The notes beneath the pieces are model-generated. The model saw nothing but the letters and a program-made list of their open reading frames with translations, ran no database searches and was not told where the DNA came from. Positions 52,269-64,000 of a stretch of DNA of 64,000 nucleotides are shown piece by piece. Numbering within the stretch: the first letter of the stretch is position 1; each line of letters starts with the position of its first letter. The position numbers and the translations under genes are program-made. The stretch is from Podarcis tiliguerta (taxonomy: Eukaryota): assembly GCA_965153285.1 (NCBI GenBank), contig OZ229119.1; one strand, 5' to 3'.

Positions 52269-52640
52269 GGGACGCGGGTGGCGCTGCGGTCTAAACCACA
52301 GAGCCTCTTGGGCTTGCCGATCGGAAGGTTGGTTCAAATCCCCACAATGGGGTGAGCTCCTGTTGCTCTGTCCCAGCTCCTGCCAACCTAGCAGTTCAAA
52401 AGCACGCCAGTGCAAATAGATAAATAGGTATTGCTGTGGCAGGAAGGTAAATGGTGTTTCCATGCACTCTGGTTTCTGTCACGGTGTTCTGTTGCGCCAG
52501 AAGCGGTTTAGTCATGACCCAGAAAGCTGTCTGTGGACAAACACTGGCTCCCTCAGCCTGAAAGCAAGATGAGTGCCGCAACCCCATAATCGCCTTTGAC
52601 TGGACTTTACTGTCCAGGGGTCCTTTACCTTTTACCTTTT
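52269..52640 (+). mobile_element. Full-length Sauria SINE
   Basis: 5' GGGACGCGGGTGGCGCTGCGGTCTAAACCAC head, CCTGCCAACCTAGCAGTTC...AGATAAATAGGTA core, (ACCTTT)n tail. Confidence 0.88.
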
Positions 52641-53293
52641 AACTCGCAAACAATACCTTTGCCTCCTATTGCTATCCCTTCACCTGTACAAACAGTTGAA
52701 AACTGCACAATCTATTATGCATGACATGGACTCGAGTTTGCATGGCTTATGCTTGGGTACTGTGCGCACTTAGGGTAACACTAAAGCAAGCACACTGTCA
52801 CCATGGTGGTTTTCCACTGGAGATATGCCAAAATGAGGAGTGTTCATTATGTTACAAGCAACTTTAGTACTTTTAGTGGTTGGTGGGTAACTGCTTAAGT
52901 AGCATTTCTCTCTCAATTCACTGACTTTGTTTTCATGTCTTGTTTCTACAAGATGCCAATTTGTTCAGAAAGCTAACTTCCTCATTGACAACATGACTGC
53001 TGGGGGTTTTTAAAAAGAAAAAAAACATCTTAATAATTTCTGAAATGCCGTTTAGCCTGGTGTGTGACTTAGCTGGGACAACTCTTTTTTTTTTTTTTTA
53101 AGACCTTGTGACTTCTTTCACAAGCTATAGCCTTCAGCATTCTGCTCGCAGAAGCGATATAATTTGTTGCCCCACATTCCAACTTCCTCCTTTAAAATCC
53201 TGTTTCAAAAGTAAGCTAGTTTTTCCAACTTGATAAAATCTCAAGGGCTGCTGGAGGAAAGGGGAGAGGTTAGAAGAACACTTGCCCATAATT

Positions 53294-53446
53294 GAGCCTG
53301 GCGCAATGGGTCAGTATGTCACTGTTAACCAGAAGGTTGGTGGTGCAATCCCACCCAGGGATGGCTGTGGGCAGAATTTCTACATTGCAGGGGGTTGGAC
53401 TATATGACCATTGTGATCCATACTCTACAATTCAATGTTTCTATGA
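53294..53446 (+). mobile_element. tRNA-Asn-derived SINE with CR1-like tail
   Basis: TGGCGCAATGGGT...CTGTTAACCAGAAGGTTGGTGGTGCAATCCCACCCAGGGATG, followed by the same CATTGCAGGG(G/T)GTTGG...CTCTACAATTC tail as the Lys-type SINEs. Confidence 0.75.
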
Positions 53447-53859
53447 ATGTTGGCTGATAAGGGCTAATGAGGTGAGTCATGAACAGGTTTTAAATGGAAG
53501 TAAAAAAGGACAAAAGTATTATTTCTCATTCTAATTTTGCATTCTCCCTGTTCTATCTGCCCCTTTTTATCCATATAACCTAGTTTGTTTTGGATGTAGT
53601 GTTTGCACAGTGTCCATGTCTAACCTGAACCTGCTAGAAGAAGTGTGGTCGTTGTCTTTGGGAATCAACTCTTGCTAACCATTAGCGGATCTTGACTGTT
53701 TGGGGCATACTACCCACTCCTCTCTTTAGCTGATAATAGCACAATTACACTGCAGTCTTCTGCACTGTCTACTCAAAAGTAATTCCCACTGAACGCAGTG
53801 GGGCTTACTTAAGGAAACTAGGTGCAGGTTTGCAACCTTAATTAAGCCAACAGTTAGCA

Positions 53860-54223
53860 GCCTACATGATCTCAGGCAAGGGGGATTATGGAGGGTGTAG
53901 ACATTTATTAAACAATTCTATACATTGTTCCATAGAGAAATTAAACTTTCCCTTGTTTTTAATAAGGCTAGAGTGAAAGTATCTGGCTTAAATGACGAAG
54001 AAAGGGGGGGGGGTCCATGCCTCCATTAGAACCAGACAAACAGGTAAGGGAGAGCAGGGTGGATTCCTTGGAGAGCATATGTAGTGTGGTGCTTTGGGCG
54101 ACATAAGGGCGCACTTTATGTGCATCCTGGGGACATGTGGTGGGACGCAGGGCGGCACAAAACAAAATGTATAGAAACCAGAAAGTGGGGGGGGGGCATG
54201 CAATGGGCATTTTTCTGGTAACA
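53860..54223 (-). repeat. Interspersed repeat; inverted homologue of 62581-62915
   Basis: GGCTAGAGTGAAAGTATCTGGCTTAAATG and ATGCAATGGGCATTTTTCTGGTAACA occur as exact reverse complements at about 62732-62760 and 62581-62606. Confidence 0.8.
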
Positions 54224-55120
54224 AAAAACAAACGCACAGAATCAGTTTGAGGGTTTGAGCGTGTGTGTATATATGACTGCGGCGCATATGCAGCTGCATG
54301 TGTCACACTAATGGTCTGATCTGGGCTAGAGATGAGAAAATAGGTCGGAAGAGGAGTCTCACCTGCGTAGCGGGGTCCCAACCGCAGGAATGTTCAGCGT
54401 TGTAAAAAAAACACATACCCAGGACTTTAAATCTCCACACACACACACCGCCACTACAAGTGAAGAGCACAGCCAATTACTGTCTCTGGTATAAGCGCAG
54501 CGTGGCAGTAAGGAGGCCGCCTTGCTGCAGAGGCACCGCGTCGCCACCCTCCCATCCCGCGAGGCGCCCCGCTCCTTCCTGGGGTGGCGCCAAGGAGGAA
54601 CCAGCCTGCCCGCCTGTCGGGACAGGCTCCTTGAAAGACAAAGCCGCGGCGGCATTTCACGAACAATGTATTCGACAGTTGCTTCGGAATAGGCCCTCTT
54701 CAACACGCACCCTACCAAGCGGGGGGAAACGGCCCCCGAAACACTGCAGGAAAGGCCGTGAAGCGCGCCACTGGCGCAAAGAACCGGCTGCCGGGTTGGG
54801 CAGGGCCGACGGGGGCGCTCGAGAGACGCCGCCCCAAGAAGCCAGTTGCTCGCGCCGCGGCAAAACCCGGACAGGGCATGGCCGTGTTGTCGGGCCTGAA
54901 ATGGCGGCCTTCGGCGTGGAATTCGGCCTCCTCGGCTGTTGAGGTAGACGCGTGCCCTGCCCTGCGTGTGGGTGGGTGAAGCGGAGCCTGCCTGGGAGAA
55001 CTGAGGCGAGGGCCCTTCTTGAGGGAGACCCTTTGAGGTACGGAGAAGGAGGGAAAGGGCAGTGTGTATGTTTATGTGGGGAGGAGGATCCAATGGCGGC
55101 GTCGGGGCTCCCCTCCCGCC

Positions 55121-55200
55121 TGACTCAGCGTTGATCTTGCGAGTCATGCTCGGGCATGTCGGGCCGCGGTCAGCCAGGGGAGCAAAGCCCGGACTTGCCC
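55121..55200 (+). promoter_or_regulatory. MDM2 P2 module: AP-1 site plus two p53 response elements
   Basis: TGACTCA 55121-55127. RE1 AGTCATGCTC-GGGCATGTCG 55142-55161. RE2 AGCAAAGCCC-GGACTTGCCC 55181-55200. Same layout as mammalian MDM2 intron 1. Confidence 0.85.
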
Positions 55201-55441
55201 CGGACGAAGTTGTAGGCCGGCCGGTAGGCGACGCTCTTCATACTCGACCCCAGGCGGGGCCTTTCGCTGCGTTTCTTTCGGAAGCGGCGGTCTAACCCGG
55301 GTGAGGCGACGGGCGACCGGAGGGCTTTATGCGGCTCCGCTTGTTGGCGGGGACACTTGGGGGGGACACATAAACCCCTAACCGCTGAACCTAACCGAAG
55401 TTCCTTCTAATCCTCACAGGGAAACGTGCAATACGACTAAG

Positions 55442-61418
<5,977 letters not shown>

Positions 61419-62580
61419 GTAAGTAGTAATGGACTTTCATGAGGAAACTATTTTCTTTAAGTCTCTCCCTGTTTTTTTTAGGTTCTCATTGTGTCTTAAA
61501 ATTGTATCACCAGATGAAATAGAGGACAGTGCTCCTGCACTTTTCATAGTTGTGTAGAAGAGTGAAATTCAGAAGTTATAGCTTGTCATGCAAATTACCT
61601 GCTGAAATTGCCTGTTCTGCACAGCTGTTAAACAAGCTGGAACCCTGCCCTCTTTTTCACCTGCCCTTCCAGTGTACTGTAGAATTGTCCCCATGTATAC
61701 AGAATGTAGTATGCCAGAGAGAAGTTCTCTAGGCTACCCTTCTCTGCAATTTGCTATTCTTAACCCCCCCCCCAAAAAAGCAAAATAAAATAAAATACAG
61801 GAAGCATTCAGTCATCTCATGTATTCAGAAACAGTAAGGTCCATTAATGGGGTTTTTTATGTGCTAAGCTGTCTAGAATACTTGAACAACTACTGAAAAC
61901 TATTTGCACCCACGCCCAATATGTTTTGGTCATAGCCTGAATCTTTCCCATTTGGTAATGGTTATGACCATTTTCAACGATGAAACCAAATTCTGCTGAA
62001 CAGAAATAACAGCATCAGAAAAGAGATAGTTTCTCTGAATTGCTGACTATTAAAGTTTGAACTTTTCCCATATGGATGACCTTCCAATTATGTAGCAAAA
62101 TTAGTGTTTGAATACTTAGGTGGGAGCTGTTAAAACAGAATGAGCTCTAAGTGACTTTTTAGGATGACATGTGTTTCACCACTACTATTGTTACTGCTAA
62201 GTGTTTTCAGAAATGTATAGTACTCTAGTCAAAGCAAATATAAGGATCTAACTTGAAAGCTTAAAATCACTTTGTACCTCCCTGGGTGAATTGAGACAAT
62301 AACTCATAATGTCCCACTGTGTCAGCCTGTTCATGTAAACCACTGTTCCAGTTTCATCTCTTCAGTGCAGCGGCCCATACCCCTGCTTGCTTGCTTGCTC
62401 TCTCTCTCTCTCAAACCCCATTGATATTTTTTTTTCTGGAGATTGTCATTGCAGCAAAACATTTAACGTGGTGGTACATATTTTTGGTTATCAGAATCTG
62501 TTCATATTTGGACAGCTACTAATATGCAGTGATATGTATCCCATCATAGGAAAAGCTTACCATGCTCCCAAAGGGAGGAT

Positions 62581-62915
62581 TGTTACCAGAAAAATGCCCA
62601 TTGCATATCCCCCTTTTCCCCTCTCTATTCATCGCTGTGTGCCCTGCCACGTCTCCAGGATGCACATTAAATAAGTATATCCTTACGTCGACTCAAAGTA
62701 CCACCCTACACATGCCCTCACCTTTCTTCAACATTTAAGCCAGATACTTTCACTCTAGCCTGCTTAAACAAGGAAAACCTGAATTTCTATATAGAAACTA
62801 GGTATAAGATCACTTGTAAATGTATTATTCTTGAGCCTATAGAGTGTGTGTATGTTATATTGCATTGTGAGAATCTTTGGGTCTTCCATAATCCCCGAAG
62901 CCTAGGGTCATGTTG
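62581..62915 (+). repeat. Interspersed repeat; inverted homologue of 53860-54223
   Basis: Shares reverse-complement blocks with 53860-54223. Confidence 0.75.
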
Positions 62916-62971
62916 GCAGGATGCCCATCAGGGAAGCTCCCAGAATCTGCAACGTGTTAGTCACCCTAGAA

Positions 62972-63394
62972 CAGGGGTCGGCAACCGCGGCTCCGGATAC
63001 TAGTGAGGGGAGGAGGCGCATTGTGTGGTGGGCGCTGTACTGGCTGTGACATCGCATGGGGGCGGTGCGTGCGTTTGTCACGCACCATTCCGACGTCACC
63101 TTCCCGCCCGCTACATTGTAAGGGGCATGTACACTGGTCACTGCATTGAAAGGGGGCATGTGCGCTGGTCACTGTTTTGAAGGGCAGTGAAGAACACACA
63201 CACAAAAAAAGGTAACTTGTTAATTTAACGTTTATTTCTATGAGGAGGTGTAATTCTGAGGGGTCAAACAAAGAAATAATAAAAAAGTGACAAAAAAGTT
63301 ATATTTATAATGACGAGTTTTGCAGCTCCCAGTTGTTTTTTCTTCGGAAATGGGTCCAAGTGGCTCTTTTTGTCTTAAAGGTTGCAGACCCCTG
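62972..63394. mobile_element. hAT-like non-autonomous element
   Basis: TIR CAGGGGTCGGCAACC / GGTTGCAGACCCCTG. Perfect 8-bp TSD CCCTAGAA at 62964-62971 and 63395-63402. Confidence 0.92.
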
Positions 63395-64000
63395 CCCTAG
63401 AAGGTTGCCCTGTTTGCTCAGGTACTCTACATAAAATCAATCTCCAGATCCTGCCAGATCCTCTTACCATGTTGACTACCCCAAGCTCTATTTTCAGTGT
63501 CAATACTTTGTGTAAACTCTGTCTGGAACTTTGTGAAACATGCTGATCTTCAGGCATTTGACACCCCGGTCTGCCTGACTCCATGACACTTATCCCAGGT
63601 GACCCTGACACTTGCAGAAGAGGGTGTCCTCCTCCATGCCAAAAATGCAAACCTTTAAAAAGATGGGTTTTTCCTTGTTCTGGGTCCTTCACCTCCTGAC
63701 TAGGGGTGGGGGACGGGAAGAGAAAGACTGTTGCAACAGATAATAAAAGATCAGCTTTGCTTTCACTAGAATTCTGCCTCAGCTCATTCATCTCTGACTG
63801 GTAACAAACTAGTCAGGTTGGAAAATAAAAACAAGTTACACAGAATTTTGCTGCAATTGATTAGTCTCCCCATACTGACACGGGTTTATTTCTGTTTCTT
63901 CAAGCAGCTCTTCCCTTATTTCCATGATTATTTCAACAATGTATTTTACAGAAATAGGTGGCTATCTATGGAATTCAAAGCCATTAATTTCATTACTGTT

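Noticed and set aside
54359-55295. 262-aa minus-strand ORF and other ORFs at the MDM2 promoter
   Set aside because: Same GC-rich artefact. No recognisable homology or splice structure.
61419-64000. Next MDM2 exon (acidic domain, SDQFSVEFEVES)
   Set aside because: Not found in the window; presumably downstream.

Overview
Vertebrate genomic DNA, almost certainly from a squamate reptile. A full-length Sauria-type SINE and lizard-type MITEs suggest a lacertid lizard (inference). The window holds four spliced protein-coding genes, all on the + strand and in the same order as human 12q15: RAP1B (complete CDS, 184 aa; non-coding exon 1 not identified, probably upstream), NUP107 (complete, 28 exons, 917 aa), SLC35E3 (complete, 5 exons, 309 aa) and the 5' part of MDM2 (7 coding exons; the gene continues past the window). 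I built the exons by hand from splice signals, frame continuity and recalled vertebrate orthologue sequences. The supplied ORF track is mostly noise. There are three CpG-island promoters, many Tc1/mariner-pogo and hAT MITEs, tRNA-derived SINEs, LINE fragments and one 221-nt N gap. I found no evidence for a new gene or a wholly new biological system. The most interesting observations are regulatory or evolutionary: (1) the canonical MDM2 initiator ATG is ACG here, and the p53-binding pocket is remodelled; (2) a perfect 90-bp tandem duplication creates a second NUP107 exon-21 acceptor that would introduce a premature stop; (3) NUP107 and SLC35E3 each contain a U12-type intron, and the SLC35E3 one has an in-frame stop followed by AATAAA; (4) a dense MYB-site cluster lies upstream of SLC35E3.
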